A DNA stretch of 64,000 bases from Spirochaetia bacterium (GTDB taxonomy: Bacteria > Spirochaetota > Spirochaetia > SZUA-6 > Bin103): NCBI GenBank assembly GCA_965203055.1, contig OZ241863.1, positions 3,488,001 to 3,552,000 of the forward strand, given 5' to 3'. Positions within the stretch are counted from its first letter, which is position 1, and each line of letters begins with the position of its first letter. The notes under the pieces were generated by a model. It saw nothing but the letters and a program-made list of their open reading frames with translations, ran no database searches and was not told where the DNA came from. This document shows positions 1 to 11,776 of this stretch, piece by piece. The translations under genes and the position numbers were made by a program.

Positions 1-822
1 GCCGGCCAGAATATGCGCCAGATCGCGGTTCAAGAGTTCCAGGTTCAGCGCCTGCGGGGTCTCGAAGTCGTAATCGCCGCGCGGGTCGCGCGGGTGCAAC
101 TCCAGGTCGTAGAAATAGTGGTCCACTCCGAGGGCGAACAGGCGCATGCCCAACCGTTCCAACTGCTCGCGCAGCTTGATGGTGGTGGTGGTCTTGCCGG
201 ATGCGGAAGGCCCCGCGACGATGATCACCCGCGGGGCCGGGTCGCGCCGGACGATCGTGTCGACCGCGGCGCTGATCTGGCCGGCGTAGAACTGCTCGGC
301 GGCGGCGATCAGCGCCGGGAAGCGGCCAGCTTCCATGGCGGCCGCCAGGTCGGCAAGGCGGGTGCAGCGCCGGTCCGCGGCCCAGGCCAGCGTCTGCCAC
401 AGACACTGGTAGGGAATGTTGTCGAGCGAGTAGGTCGCCGAGGGTTGGCCCGCGCGCTTGAGAGCGTGTTCGTAGCGGTAGATGATGTAGGCTTTGGCGG
501 TGCGCGCGTGCCCGCGTTCGATCAGTACCTTTTCGACTACGTCCTGCACCTCTTCGACCGTGGGCGCCGCCGCGGCGGCAGCCGGCGCGGAGTGTGCGGC
601 CGGCCCGGAGGTTGCGCCGGCGGTCGCGGCGATCCGCGCGCCGCGCGCCCGGGCCGCCGCGGCGCGCCGTTCCAGCAGCGCGACTACGTCGTCGGTTACC
701 AGTTCCGCCGGCGCGCGCGCCCGGCCGCCGACCGCCACCGCGGCGCGGTACACGGCAAAGGCGATCTTGGCGCGGTTGAACGGCACCAGGCGCCCGTCAC
801 GCTTGACGACGTGCTCGATCAT
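1..822 (-). CDS. ATP-cone domain + uridine/nucleoside kinase-like protein (3' end runs off the window)
   Basis: Manual translation, not in the ORF track: MIEHVVKRDGRLVPFNRAKIAFAVYRAA...PTVEEVQDVVEKVLIERGHARTAKAYIIYR (ATP-cone), then IIVAGPSASGKTTTT (P-loop) and VDHYF...DYDFETPQALNLELL (uridine kinase family). Confidence 0.85.
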   Translation of the reverse strand, partial: MIEHVVKRDGRLVPFNRAKIAFAVYRAAVAVGGRARAPAELVTDDVVALLERRAAAARARGARIAATAGATSGPAAHSAPAAAAAAPTVEEVQDVVEKVLIERGHARTAKAYIIYRYEHALKRAGQPSATYSLDNIPYQCLWQTLAWAADRRCTRLADLAAAMEAGRFPALIAAAEQFYAGQISAAVDTIVRRDPAPRVIIVAGPSASGKTTTTIKLREQLERLGMRLFALGVDHYFYDLELHPRDPRGDYDFETPQALNLELLNRDLAHILAG

Positions 823-864
823 CGAAAGGTCCCCGCGCCGGCTGACCGGCGCGGCCGCCGCGGC

Positions 865-2595
865 CTAGGCGCGCTGCGCAACGCGCTCCCGGAACAGCTC
901 GACGCAGGCCGCGAACTCCAATGCCGGGGTCTGCGCACCCGCGCGGTCACGCAACGAGACGGTGCCGGCAGCCTGCTCCTTGGCGCCCACGATTGCCATG
1001 TAGGGCACCTTCTGCCGCTGGGCGGTGCGGATCTTGGCCCCCATGCGGCTGGCGGACAAGTCAGCTTCCACCCGGAAGCCGTGCTGCCGCATCTGTTCGG
1101 CGACCGCCGCCGCGTAGTCGTTCACCGGTGGATTCACCGGGATGACCACCGCCTGCACCGGCGCCAGCCACAGCGGGAAGGCGCCGGCGTAGTGTTCGAT
1201 GAGCACGCCCAGGAAGCGCTCGAACGCGCCGTGCAGCGCGCGGTGCACCATGACCGGGCGGCGTTGGCTGCCATCACGATCGACGAACGACATGTCGAAC
1301 CGCTCCGGCAGGTTGAAGTCGAACTGAATCGTGGTCATTTGCCAGAGCCGGCCCAGCGGATCGCGCACGTGCAGGTCGATCTTCGGCCCATAGAACGCGC
1401 CGCCGCCGGCATCGATCTCGTACTCCAGCCGGTGCGCTTCGATGGCGCGGCGGAGCGAGGCGGTAGCCCGCTCCCAGCTTGCGTCGTCGCCTACCGCCTT
1501 GTCGGGGCGCGTGGCCAGGTGCGCGACCAGATCCTCGAAGCCGTAGGCCCGCCAGATGCGCAGCGAAAACCGCAGCACCTCGCCGATCTCCTCGTCGATC
1601 TGGTCGGGGGTGCAGAAGATGTGGGCATCGTCCTGGGTCAGGCCGCGCACCCGCAACGCGCCGTGCAGCGTACCGGAACGCTCGAAGCGGTACACCGTCC
1701 CCAGTTCCGCCCAACGCAGCGGGAGATCGCGATAGGAACGGAGGTCGCTCTTGTAGATCATGATGTGGAACGGACAGTTCATCGGCTTGAGGTAATAGTT
1801 GCCGTTGTCCAGCTCCATGGCGGGAAACATGTTGTCGGCGTAGAAGTCGAGGTGGCCGGAGGTTCGCCACAGCCACTCGCGGCCGACGTGGGGAGTGTTG
1901 ACCAGCTCGTAGCCGCCGGCGTAGTGCTCGCGCTTCCAGAAGTCCTCGATGATGGAGCGCAACCGCGCGCCCTTGGGATGCCAGAAGATCAACCCCGGCC
2001 CCACCTGCTCCTGAATCGAGAACAGATCCAATTCGCGGCCCAAGCGCCGGTGGTCGCGCTTCTCGATCTCGGCGAGACGCTCCAGGTAGGCGGCCAGCTC
2101 CTGCGGACTCTCCCATGCCGTGCCGTAGATGCGCTGCAGCATCGGGCGCCGCTCGTCGCCGCGCCAGTAGGCGCCGGCGCTGCCGGTCAGCTTGAACGCG
2201 GCGGAATCGAGCTCCCGGGTGCTGTCCACGTGGGGGCCGCGGCACAGGTCGGTGAAGGTGGCCTGGGTAAACAGCGAGATCTCTTCATCCGGCGGCAGCG
2301 CCTCGATCAACTCCAGCTTGTACGGCTGCTCGACGAACCGCTCCCGCGCCGCCGCGCGGCTGATCACGCTCCTGACGAAGGGATGATCGCCCTCCATGAT
2401 GCGGCGCATGCGCTCCTCGATCTGCCCCAGATCCTCCGGCGTGAGGGAGCGCGGCAGATCGAAGTCGTAATAGAATCCGTCGGCGATCGGCGGGCCGATG
2501 GCGAGCTTGGCGTCCGGGAACAGCTCCAGCACCGCCTCGGCCATCACGTGGGCGCAAGAGTGGCGCAGCCGGTACAGGCGGTCGGCGTCAGGCAC
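865..2595 (-). CDS. thrS: Threonine--tRNA ligase (short form, no N-terminal TGS domain)
   Basis: RHSCAHVMA, DLCRGPH, RDHRRLG, KPMNCP and FYGPKID motifs; GTG start at 2595 just downstream of the secF stop. Confidence 0.95.
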   Translation of the reverse strand: MPDADRLYRLRHSCAHVMAEAVLELFPDAKLAIGPPIADGFYYDFDLPRSLTPEDLGQIEERMRRIMEGDHPFVRSVISRAAARERFVEQPYKLELIEALPPDEEISLFTQATFTDLCRGPHVDSTRELDSAAFKLTGSAGAYWRGDERRPMLQRIYGTAWESPQELAAYLERLAEIEKRDHRRLGRELDLFSIQEQVGPGLIFWHPKGARLRSIIEDFWKREHYAGGYELVNTPHVGREWLWRTSGHLDFYADNMFPAMELDNGNYYLKPMNCPFHIMIYKSDLRSYRDLPLRWAELGTVYRFERSGTLHGALRVRGLTQDDAHIFCTPDQIDEEIGEVLRFSLRIWRAYGFEDLVAHLATRPDKAVGDDASWERATASLRRAIEAHRLEYEIDAGGGAFYGPKIDLHVRDPLGRLWQMTTIQFDFNLPERFDMSFVDRDGSQRRPVMVHRALHGAFERFLGVLIEHYAGAFPLWLAPVQAVVIPVNPPVNDYAAAVAEQMRQHGFRVEADLSASRMGAKIRTAQRQKVPYMAIVGAKEQAAGTVSLRDRAGAQTPALEFAACVELFRERVAQRA

Positions 2596-2600
2596 CGAAT

Positions 2601-4019
2601 CTAACCGCGCCGCCGCCGCCGGGTCTGGCGCCGCGGCTGGTTGCGGGTCACTGCCACGGAACCGCCGCGCGCCGCTTCCGGCGCCGGTTCCGCGGGTGCC
2701 GCAACCGCCGGTGCCGGCGCCGGCGTGGGCAAGGCGGCGGCGGTACGGTTCACGGCGCTGCCTTCGGCGCGCGCGGCCGCGGCATCCGCCGGCGGGGCGC
2801 CGGACGCCGCCGCAACGACGCGGGCGCGGCGCCGCGTGCGCACCAGACGCCACATCAGCACCGTGGGCGAGGCGACGAACATCGACGAATAGGTACCCAC
2901 CACGACGCCGATCATCAGGCTCAGCGCAAAGGTCCTGATGGAGGAGGTGGCGAAGATGTAGATCGCCAACACCGCCAGCAGCGTGGTCAGCGAGGTAATC
3001 AGCGTGCGGGCCAGAGACTGAGTGATGCTGGTGTTGATCACCAACTCGAAGTTGGCATCGCGCATCAGGGTCTCGTTTTCCCGGATACGGTCGAAGATCA
3101 CGATGGTGTCGTTGAGCGAGTAGCCGACGATGGTCAGCACCGCGGCGATGGTAGCGGTGCTGATCTCCAACTGAAGCGTGCCCAGCACCCCCAGCATGAT
3201 GGCGATGTCGTGGACCAGCGCCAGCAACGCCCCAACCGCGAACGCGGCGCGAAACCGAAACAGGATGTAGACGAAGATCAGCGCGAACGCGACCACCACC
3301 AACCAGACCGCCTGCTCGCCCAGCAGCCGGGAAAGGCTGGGACCGACGAAGTCGGTCTGCAGTATGGTCACCTGCTCGGCGCCGAACGCGTCCGCCAACA
3401 GGGCCGCGATGCGCGCTTCGGTAGCCTCCTGGTCGCCGTCCAGCAGATCGGAACGGACGATGTAGCGCTGCTCGGCCGGCCCGCCGATCGCCTGCAGCGA
3501 GAAGCGCTCCAGCGAGTCCAGGGCGGTGCGCACCGCGGCGATCGACGCCGATGGCGGCGCCGCAGGGTCCAGGTAGCCGAGCACGAGGGCCTGGCCGGCG
3601 CCGCGGAAGCCGGGCGGCTGGAGTTGCTCCGCCGGCGTGTTCGCCGGCGCCGCCAGCTCCACCTCCACGCCGGGAACGGCGGCCAACTGCTCGGCGATCG
3701 CCCCGATCGTGGGATATGCCTCGAAGTCCAACACGCGGCGCTGCACGGTGTTGTCGCTCAGCCACTGGATGGTGAGAAAGCCGGGCCGGCCGAGCAGTGG
3801 ATCGGGCGGCGTGAGCTCCGGTTCGAGGGCAGCCCCGGCGTCACTGAGCTGCAGGGCGGCCGGCGCGATCTGGAATTGCTGGGAAACGCCGCCGCTCAGA
3901 TCCACGCTGAGGTTGACGCCGCCGCGCAGCATGGTCCCCACGGCGCCGGCGACGATCAGCAAGACCGACAGCACCGCCATCGGCCGGCGCAGAGCGGTGA
4001 ACCTGATGACACCGCTCAT
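2601..4019 (-). CDS. secF: Protein translocase subunit SecF
   Basis: VDLSGG, LALVHD, GYSLNDTIVIFDRIRE and TQSLARTLITSLTT motifs; follows secD. Confidence 0.95.
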   Translation of the reverse strand: MSGVIRFTALRRPMAVLSVLLIVAGAVGTMLRGGVNLSVDLSGGVSQQFQIAPAALQLSDAGAALEPELTPPDPLLGRPGFLTIQWLSDNTVQRRVLDFEAYPTIGAIAEQLAAVPGVEVELAAPANTPAEQLQPPGFRGAGQALVLGYLDPAAPPSASIAAVRTALDSLERFSLQAIGGPAEQRYIVRSDLLDGDQEATEARIAALLADAFGAEQVTILQTDFVGPSLSRLLGEQAVWLVVVAFALIFVYILFRFRAAFAVGALLALVHDIAIMLGVLGTLQLEISTATIAAVLTIVGYSLNDTIVIFDRIRENETLMRDANFELVINTSITQSLARTLITSLTTLLAVLAIYIFATSSIRTFALSLMIGVVVGTYSSMFVASPTVLMWRLVRTRRRARVVAAASGAPPADAAAARAEGSAVNRTAAALPTPAPAPAVAAPAEPAPEAARGGSVAVTRNQPRRQTRRRRRG

Positions 4020-5780
4020 CTACTTCGCCTCCATGCCGGCCGCGGCCAGGCGCGGGCGCCGCCGCCAGTCGATGCTGAGCCGCTGCACGTGCAGGGTGTC
4101 GGTGAAGAAGTCGAAGATCAGCCGCGATACCACCAGCGCGGTGAACATGGAGGACACCACTCCGACCGAAAGGGTCACGGCGAATCCCTGAATCGGCCCG
4201 CTGCCGAGCTGAGACAGAGCGATAGCGGCTATGAACGTCGTGATGTTGGCATCCATCACGGTCCAGAACGCCTTGCCGAAGCCGGACGTCACCGCCGCGG
4301 CGGCCGACTTTCCGAGCCGGTACTCCTCCTTGATGCGCTCGAAGATGATCACGTTGGCATCCACCGCCATGCCAACGGTCAGAATGACGCCGGCGATACT
4401 GGGCAGGGTAAGCGTAAAATTGAACACGCTCAGCACCGAGACCAGGAAGAACAGGTTGAGCAGCAGGGCCAGATCGGCAACCAGCCCGGCCAGCTTGTAG
4501 TACGCCAGCATGAATATCAGCACCGCGGCCATGCCGAGCGCGATGGCGTTCAGTCCGGTGCGGATGGCGTCCTCACCCAGCGAGGCGCCGACTGCCTGCT
4601 GACTGAGAATCTCCAGCGGTACCGGCAGCGCCCCCGTCTCCAGCACCAGCGCCAGGTCCTGCGCTTCGCTCTGGGTGAATCCGGTGACCCGTACCTGATT
4701 GCGAATCGGCTCGGAGATGGTCGCCGCGGCCTTTACCTTGTCGTCCAGCACCACCGCCAGGACGTTGCCGACGTTGTCGCTGGTCAGCTTGAAGAAGATG
4801 TCGCCGCCCTCGCCGGTGAGGCTGAAGATCACCGTCGGCTGCTGGGTGATCGGGTCGCGGCTTACCTGCGCCTGCTGAATGTAGGTGCCCTCTAGTCCCA
4901 CCTGCTCCCTGATCACCGTATAGCCAAGCAGTTGATCCACCCCGTAGGCGTCCTTCTCGTAGCGGCCGCGCAGCGCGGTACCGGCAGCGAGGATCGAATC
5001 GTCGCGTGGTTGGCCGTCCGCACCGAGGAAGCTCCCCGGGTTGGCCGCCTGGTAGGCGCGGAACCGGGCCAAGCCCTCGGTATCGACGATATGGAAGTTC
5101 AGCCGTCCCTTGCCGAGGATGAAGCTGCGCATCCGCTCCGGGTCCGGCGCGCCCGGCATCTCCACCACGATCTGACTCTCGCCCCGGCGCCGGATCTGCG
5201 GTTCGGTTACCCCGAACTGGTCGATGCGGTTGTTCAGGACCTCCAGGGCCCGCCGCAGGGCTCCCTCCTCCTCCTGGGCGTTGAGGGCAATGCCGCTCTG
5301 TTCGCTGAGGCTTTCGAGGTCCGGCTCGATCACCACGTACATGCCGCCGCTGAGATCGAGCCCGAGCTGGATGCTGCGCGAACGCAGATCCTTCACCGCC
5401 AGCAGCTCGTTGCGATGATGGTCCTCCATCGCCACGAAGGTTTCGCCCTCGCTGGGAAACGCCTTGACCACGGCGTCGACGTTCCAGTTGCGCGGCACCT
5501 CCCGGCGCTCCACCTGCAACCGTTCGCGCGCCGCGGGAATCAGATAGGCGAGCTCGGCGGGAAGCGCGGCGGAAGTGTCGCTGCGCGCCAGCGAGACGAG
5601 CCGCTGCAGGTCGGCGTCGGCGCGTTGCCGCGCCAACACCCGGATCTGATCGCGCGACGCGTTGGCCTCACGGCGCTGCTCGGCGGTCAGCAGCAGGTAC
5701 CAGCGCACGGTGGGATAGAGGAACCACACCGATACCCCGACGAAGGCGAGAATAAGGATCAATCGTAAGCGTTTGGTCAT
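4020..5780 (-). CDS. secD: Protein translocase subunit SecD
   Basis: LGLDLSGG, NRIDQFGVTEP, GMAVDANVIIFERIKEE and DANITT motifs. Confidence 0.96.
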   Translation of the reverse strand: MTKRLRLILILAFVGVSVWFLYPTVRWYLLLTAEQRREANASRDQIRVLARQRADADLQRLVSLARSDTSAALPAELAYLIPAARERLQVERREVPRNWNVDAVVKAFPSEGETFVAMEDHHRNELLAVKDLRSRSIQLGLDLSGGMYVVIEPDLESLSEQSGIALNAQEEEGALRRALEVLNNRIDQFGVTEPQIRRRGESQIVVEMPGAPDPERMRSFILGKGRLNFHIVDTEGLARFRAYQAANPGSFLGADGQPRDDSILAAGTALRGRYEKDAYGVDQLLGYTVIREQVGLEGTYIQQAQVSRDPITQQPTVIFSLTGEGGDIFFKLTSDNVGNVLAVVLDDKVKAAATISEPIRNQVRVTGFTQSEAQDLALVLETGALPVPLEILSQQAVGASLGEDAIRTGLNAIALGMAAVLIFMLAYYKLAGLVADLALLLNLFFLVSVLSVFNFTLTLPSIAGVILTVGMAVDANVIIFERIKEEYRLGKSAAAAVTSGFGKAFWTVMDANITTFIAAIALSQLGSGPIQGFAVTLSVGVVSSMFTALVVSRLIFDFFTDTLHVQRLSIDWRRRPRLAAAGMEAK

Positions 5781-5810
5781 GAGAGGGTGCCCGGCCCACC
5801 GCGGGGCTCG

Positions 5811-6182
5811 TCAGGACTGCTCCTTGTCCTGCGCCGCGGGGCGCGATTCCCCTTGACGCTGCTCCAGGATGCTGGTGATGGAGGCCTTGGCGAATTCGAT
5901 CTTGGTGGCATCGTCCACCTTCACCGTTACCGCCTCCTCCTTTACCGCGGTCACCACGCCGCGAATGCCGCCGGAGGTCTGCACCTTGTCGCCCTTCTTG
6001 AGTTGCGACAGCATCTGGCGGGTCTCCTTCTGGCGCCGGTTCTGGGGGCGGATCACCAGAAAGTAGAAGATCATGATGATCAGACCAAAGGTGACCAGCA
6101 TGGTGGCGAGCTGGCCGCCTGCCGCGCCATCTCCGAAGGCGGCCTGCAAGAGCGAGAACGTGTCCGTTACCGTGTTGTTCAT
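5811..6182 (-). CDS. yajC: Preprotein translocase subunit YajC
   Basis: FYFLVIRPQ...LKKGDKVQTSGGIRG; yajC-secD-secF order. Confidence 0.95.
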   Translation of the reverse strand: MNNTVTDTFSLLQAAFGDGAAGGQLATMLVTFGLIIMIFYFLVIRPQNRRQKETRQMLSQLKKGDKVQTSGGIRGVVTAVKEEAVTVKVDDATKIEFAKASITSILEQRQGESRPAAQDKEQS

Positions 6183-6316
6183 GAGGTGTCCTTTTGCCGA
6201 TTCCCCTTGGCGGCCATGCGCCGGCTCACTGCCCGCGACGGAGCACCGAAGCTACCACGCACCGGGCTTGCGGTCAAACCGAGCGCGCCTCGGTCACGCC
6301 CCAAGCTCACCGGCGC

Positions 6317-6625
6317 TCAGGCAACGATGATGCGCTTGATACCGGCAGGCACACCGAACACCCCAAACAACTTGCGGAGATCGTCGACCGTGCAGGGGCG
6401 GCCAGTGACCTGCTCCATGGCGGCGCGCACCAACTCCAGTTCCTCGGCCGCGCCGGAAGCCTTGGTCTGCACCGCATAGTCGGCGGAGCAGAACGCCGCT
6501 TTGTAGAGGCCCTCGTCGAGTAGCTGGCGGGTCGTCAGCCTGCCGTAGCGGCGGCGCTGTTGACCATGCACCGCGGCCTTGTCGCCATCATACCCGATGA
6601 CGAACAGATAGTCAGCGCGCTTCAC
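6317..6625 (-). CDS. Small hypothetical protein
   Basis: 102-aa ORF with normal protein-like composition, co-oriented between groEL and yajC. Confidence 0.65.
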   Translation of the reverse strand: MKRADYLFVIGYDGDKAAVHGQQRRRYGRLTTRQLLDEGLYKAAFCSADYAVQTKASGAAEELELVRAAMEQVTGRPCTVDDLRKLFGVFGVPAGIKRIIVA

Positions 6626-6631
6626 CGTTTC

Positions 6632-6678
6632 AGAAAAAAGGGCGCCACCCCTTCCGGCAGGACAGGGGCGCGCCCTCT
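6632..6678 (-). terminator. Rho-independent terminator after groEL
   Basis: Minus strand AGGGCGC-GCCCCT...AGGGGT-GGCGCCC followed by TTTTTT. Confidence 0.75.
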
Positions 6679-6705
6679 CGTAGACGAGATGCCTGGTCGA
6701 GCGCC

Positions 6706-8391
<1,686 letters not shown>

Positions 8392-8399
8392 TCACCGGT

Positions 8400-8428
8400 A
8401 ACATACTACCTCGCGGACGGCAAAGCAA
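8400..8428 (-). promoter_or_regulatory. Putative sigma70 promoter of groEL
   Basis: TTGCTT-N17-TATGTT on the minus strand in an AT-richer intergenic stretch. Confidence 0.55.
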
Positions 8429-9278
8429 TACCTTCCGCGCCTTCCGCGCCTGGGGCGCCCGGCGGCGGTGGGCGGCCCAACAGGCGTGCGCTGCCGGCGA
8501 AGCAGGTGTGCTCGGCGCCCGCGGCGTCGCGCACCACCAGCCCTCCGCTGGCCGCCACCCGCGCCACCCGGGCGCAGCGCGGCAGGCCGCGCCCGGCGCC
8601 GTCCAACCGCACCCACCGGCCGCGCGCGAACAGCCGCCGGTCCACCAGCTCCGCCCAACCCGGCTCGTCCAGCAGGCGGTGCAACTCGCCGAGGATCAGC
8701 TCCAGCAACGGCCAGCGCCGCACCCGGCGGCCGCTGCGCAGCCGCACCGACGCCGCCGGCAGGTCGCGGGCGCTGCCCGGCGGCAGGCCGCGGCGCTGGT
8801 TGCAGGTCACCCCCACCCCGGCGCTGTACCAGTCACCCAGCCGCTCGCAGAGGCACCCGGCGACCTTGCCACCGCGCATCAGTACGTCGTTGGGCCACTT
8901 CACCTGGCACGCCACGCCGCTGCTCGCCTCCACGGCGCCGGCCACCGCCAGCCCGCACAGCAGCGGCAGCCGCTGCGGCACGGCGCCCACCGCGTCCGCA
9001 TGCAGCAGCAGATTGAACAACAGGTTGCGGCCGGGCGCACTCACCCAGCGCCGCCCGGCGCCGCGCCCGCGCCCGCGCGTCTGGTAGTCGGCCGTGATCA
9101 GGGCGCCGGAGACCGGCGCATGGCGCACCAGCCGGCGCGCGTCTTCCATCGTCGAGCCGGTGCGCGGCAGGTGGTATTGCGGCGCCGCCGGCCACGGCGA
9201 ACGCAGCGGCGGCCGGCGGCGCCGCCAGCGGCGCGGATCCGGCGCCGCCGGGCGCCGGGCGGCGTGATTCCCGTCCAT
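8406..9278 (-). CDS. birA: Biotin--protein ligase (no HTH domain)
   Basis: STM..A, ADYQTRGRGR...RRWVS, KWPNDV and KVAG motifs. Confidence 0.85.
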   Translation of the reverse strand: MDGNHAARRPAAPDPRRWRRRRPPLRSPWPAAPQYHLPRTGSTMEDARRLVRHAPVSGALITADYQTRGRGRGAGRRWVSAPGRNLLFNLLLHADAVGAVPQRLPLLCGLAVAGAVEASSGVACQVKWPNDVLMRGGKVAGCLCERLGDWYSAGVGVTCNQRRGLPPGSARDLPAASVRLRSGRRVRRWPLLELILGELHRLLDEPGWAELVDRRLFARGRWVRLDGAGRGLPRCARVARVAASGGLVVRDAAGAEHTCFAGSARLLGRPPPPGAPGAEGAEGIALPSAR

Positions 9279-9283
9279 GGGGA

Positions 9284-10723
9284 CTACATGGAGACGAACA
9301 GTTCCTGCGGCGCGCGCAGCAGTTCCAGGAAGTAGGAGGAGAACTCCGCGGCCGGCACGCCGTCCACCACGCGGTGGTCGAAGGCCAGGGACACCGGCAG
9401 CACCCACGCCGGGCGCACCGCGCCGGCCACCACCATCGGCGCCTGATGGATCCGGCCCGCGCCGATGATCGCCACTTGCGGCGGATAGATCATGGGCGAT
9501 GCGTACAGGCCGCCGAAGGGACCGAAGTTGGTCAGGCTGAAGGTGCCGCCGCGCAAGTCCTCGATCCTGATCTGGCGTCCCTTGGCGCGTTCCACCACGT
9601 CCTTCATCTCGGCATCGATCTGCCGGATGGTCTTGTTCTCGACGTTATGGATCACCGGCATCATCAACCCGGCCTCGGTGTTCACGGCCACGCCGACGTG
9701 GATGTCCTTGAACACCGTGAGTTCCTCCGACACCGGATTGAAGTGGGCGTTGAGGACCGGATAGCGGCGCAGCGCCGTGGCCAGCGCCTTCATGAAGAAG
9801 GGCTGGAAGCTCACCCGTACCTCGGCCCCGGCGTTGACCTTGGCGCGCAGCTCCACCAGGTCCTCGACCACGCCCACGTCGAAGATGGTGGCGGTCGGAA
9901 TCTTGCGGCTGGTCTCCATGGTGTGGGCGATGGTCTTGCGCAGGATCGTGAGCTCGACCGTCTGGCCAAGCGGCAGATGCGCGGGCGTGACCAGCGGGTC
10001 GTCGATGAGCGGAAACGCAAAGTCGGAACCGGTCTGCGCGGCCGGTTGCCGGGCGTTGCCGGGGCGCGCCTGCGGCACTACCCGGCGTTCGCCGGCGGCG
10101 CGCTCCACGTCGCCGGGCAGGATGCGCCCGCCGGCGCGGCGCGGCTGCACCTGCTGCAGGTCGACGTTCAGGTCACGCGCGCGGCGGCGCGCGGCCGGTG
10201 TGCCCGGCGGCTCCGCGTCCGGCGGCTCTGCGGCCGGCGCGCGCTGCGCGCGGTCCGCCGCCTCGTCGGCCGGCGGCTCGGCGTCGTCCGGCGGCGCGCC
10301 GCCGGACGACTCGTCGCTCGGCGGCAGGACGCTCGGCGCCGCGTCGAGGGTGCCGACCAGCGCCTGATGGTGATGGCCGGCGCTCTTGCCGCTTCCGTCC
10401 GCGGTATCGGACCCGGGCAGCAAGCCGCCGGCCGCGCGCCCGGCGGCCGGGGAGAAGCCGTTGCCGTCGCTGGCGGCGGTGCCGCCGGCCACCTCGATGT
10501 AGGCCAGCGTCGCTCCGACGCTGATCCGTTCGCCCACCTCGGAGCCGAACCTTACCACCACCCCGCTCTTGGGGGAGGCGATCTCCGCCACCACCTTGTC
10601 GGTTTCGACTATGGCCAGGATGTCGCCGGCGTTCACCTCGGCTCCGGGACTCACCTTGAACTCCAGGATCTTCCCCTCGGTGAGACCCTCGCCGATATCC
10701 GGAAACTTGAATTCGTAACTCAT
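9284..10723 (-). CDS. 2-oxoacid dehydrogenase E2 (dihydrolipoamide acyltransferase)
   Basis: Lipoyl domain PDIGEGLTEG...VETDKV; catalytic FDHRVVDG. Confidence 0.93.
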   Translation of the reverse strand: MSYEFKFPDIGEGLTEGKILEFKVSPGAEVNAGDILAIVETDKVVAEIASPKSGVVVRFGSEVGERISVGATLAYIEVAGGTAASDGNGFSPAAGRAAGGLLPGSDTADGSGKSAGHHHQALVGTLDAAPSVLPPSDESSGGAPPDDAEPPADEAADRAQRAPAAEPPDAEPPGTPAARRRARDLNVDLQQVQPRRAGGRILPGDVERAAGERRVVPQARPGNARQPAAQTGSDFAFPLIDDPLVTPAHLPLGQTVELTILRKTIAHTMETSRKIPTATIFDVGVVEDLVELRAKVNAGAEVRVSFQPFFMKALATALRRYPVLNAHFNPVSEELTVFKDIHVGVAVNTEAGLMMPVIHNVENKTIRQIDAEMKDVVERAKGRQIRIEDLRGGTFSLTNFGPFGGLYASPMIYPPQVAIIGAGRIHQAPMVVAGAVRPAWVLPVSLAFDHRVVDGVPAAEFSSYFLELLRAPQELFVSM

Positions 10724-10798
10724 AAATCCCTACCTCGCTGCCGCGCTTCCTGCGGCCCGGACCAAGGTCGGTCGACGGACCGCCGGTCACGACCGGCG

Positions 10799-11776
10799 CT
10801 AGAACTCCACCGTCTCCCGCACCGCGTCCACGACGTGCTCCGCGGTCACGAAGTAGTAGTGCTCGGCCGCCGGAAGGGGAATCACGGCATCGCTGCCGGT
10901 TACCCGCCGGGGAGGCGCGTCCAGATACATGAACAGCTCTTCGGTGACCAGCGCGATCAACTCCGCGGCCACGCCGAACGAGCGGGGGCCTTCGTGCACC
11001 ACCACCACGCGCCGCGTCTTGCGCACCGAACTCAGTACCGTCTCGCAATCGTACGGATAGATGGTGCGCAGGTCGATCAACTCCACGGCAACGCCTTGCC
11101 CGGTCAGGTACGCGCAGGCGCTGCGCGCCTCGCGCATCATTGCCCCGTAGGCGATCAGCGTCACCGCGTCGCCGCGCCGCTCCACCCGCGCGCGGCCCAG
11201 CGGAAGGGCATACGGCTCCGCCGGGATCTCCTGCTGCGGTGAGTGGTAGGAGCGCTTCGGCTCCATGTAGATCACCGGATCGGGATCCCGAATCGCCCCC
11301 AGGAGCAGTCCCTTCGCGTCGTGGGGAGTGGAGGGAATGACCACCTTGAGACCCGGCACGTGGGCGAACGTGGCTTCCATGCTCTCGACGTGATGCTCCA
11401 GCGCCTTGAGATTGCCGCCGTAGGGCATACGCACCACCAGCGGCAGGGTAAGGGTGCCGCGGCTGCGGTTGCGGGTGCGCGCGGCGTGGCACACGATCTG
11501 GTTGAACGCCGGCCACGCGAACCCGCTGAACTGGATCTCCACCACCGGCCTGAGCCCGGCCATCGCCATTCCCACCGCGGTCCCGACCAGCGCGCTCTCC
11601 GCCAGCGGCGAATCGAAGCAGCGGCGCGGTCCAAACCGCTCCTGCAACCCCGCGGTGGCTTGGAATACCCCGCCGTTGACCCCTACGTCCTCGCCGTAGA
11701 CGACTACCGCGTCATCCTCCGCCAGGGCCTCCGCCAGGGCGCTGTTGATCGCTGCGAGGAGACTGGCCTCCGTCAT
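10799..11776 (-). CDS. 2-oxoacid (pyruvate/branched-chain) dehydrogenase E1 beta
   Basis: GEDVGVNGGVF, DSPLAES, EIQFSGF and IDLRTI motifs. Confidence 0.93.
   Translation of the reverse strand: MTEASLLAAINSALAEALAEDDAVVVYGEDVGVNGGVFQATAGLQERFGPRRCFDSPLAESALVGTAVGMAMAGLRPVVEIQFSGFAWPAFNQIVCHAARTRNRSRGTLTLPLVVRMPYGGNLKALEHHVESMEATFAHVPGLKVVIPSTPHDAKGLLLGAIRDPDPVIYMEPKRSYHSPQQEIPAEPYALPLGRARVERRGDAVTLIAYGAMMREARSACAYLTGQGVAVELIDLRTIYPYDCETVLSSVRKTRRVVVVHEGPRSFGVAAELIALVTEELFMYLDAPPRRVTGSDAVIPLPAAEHYYFVTAEHVVDAVRETVEF

Noticed and set aside
13..2604. 863-aa plus-strand ORF, and many similar long ORFs such as 3210..4895, 28395..31181 and 35603..37675
   Set aside because: These are antisense or off-frame shadows of clearly identifiable genes; stop codons are rare in GC-rich DNA.
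2596..3765. Apparent ~390-aa N-terminal extension of ThrRS
   Set aside because: It is an alternative frame overlapping secF with Arg/Gly/Ala-rich non-protein composition; the GTG at 2595 gives a normal short ThrRS.
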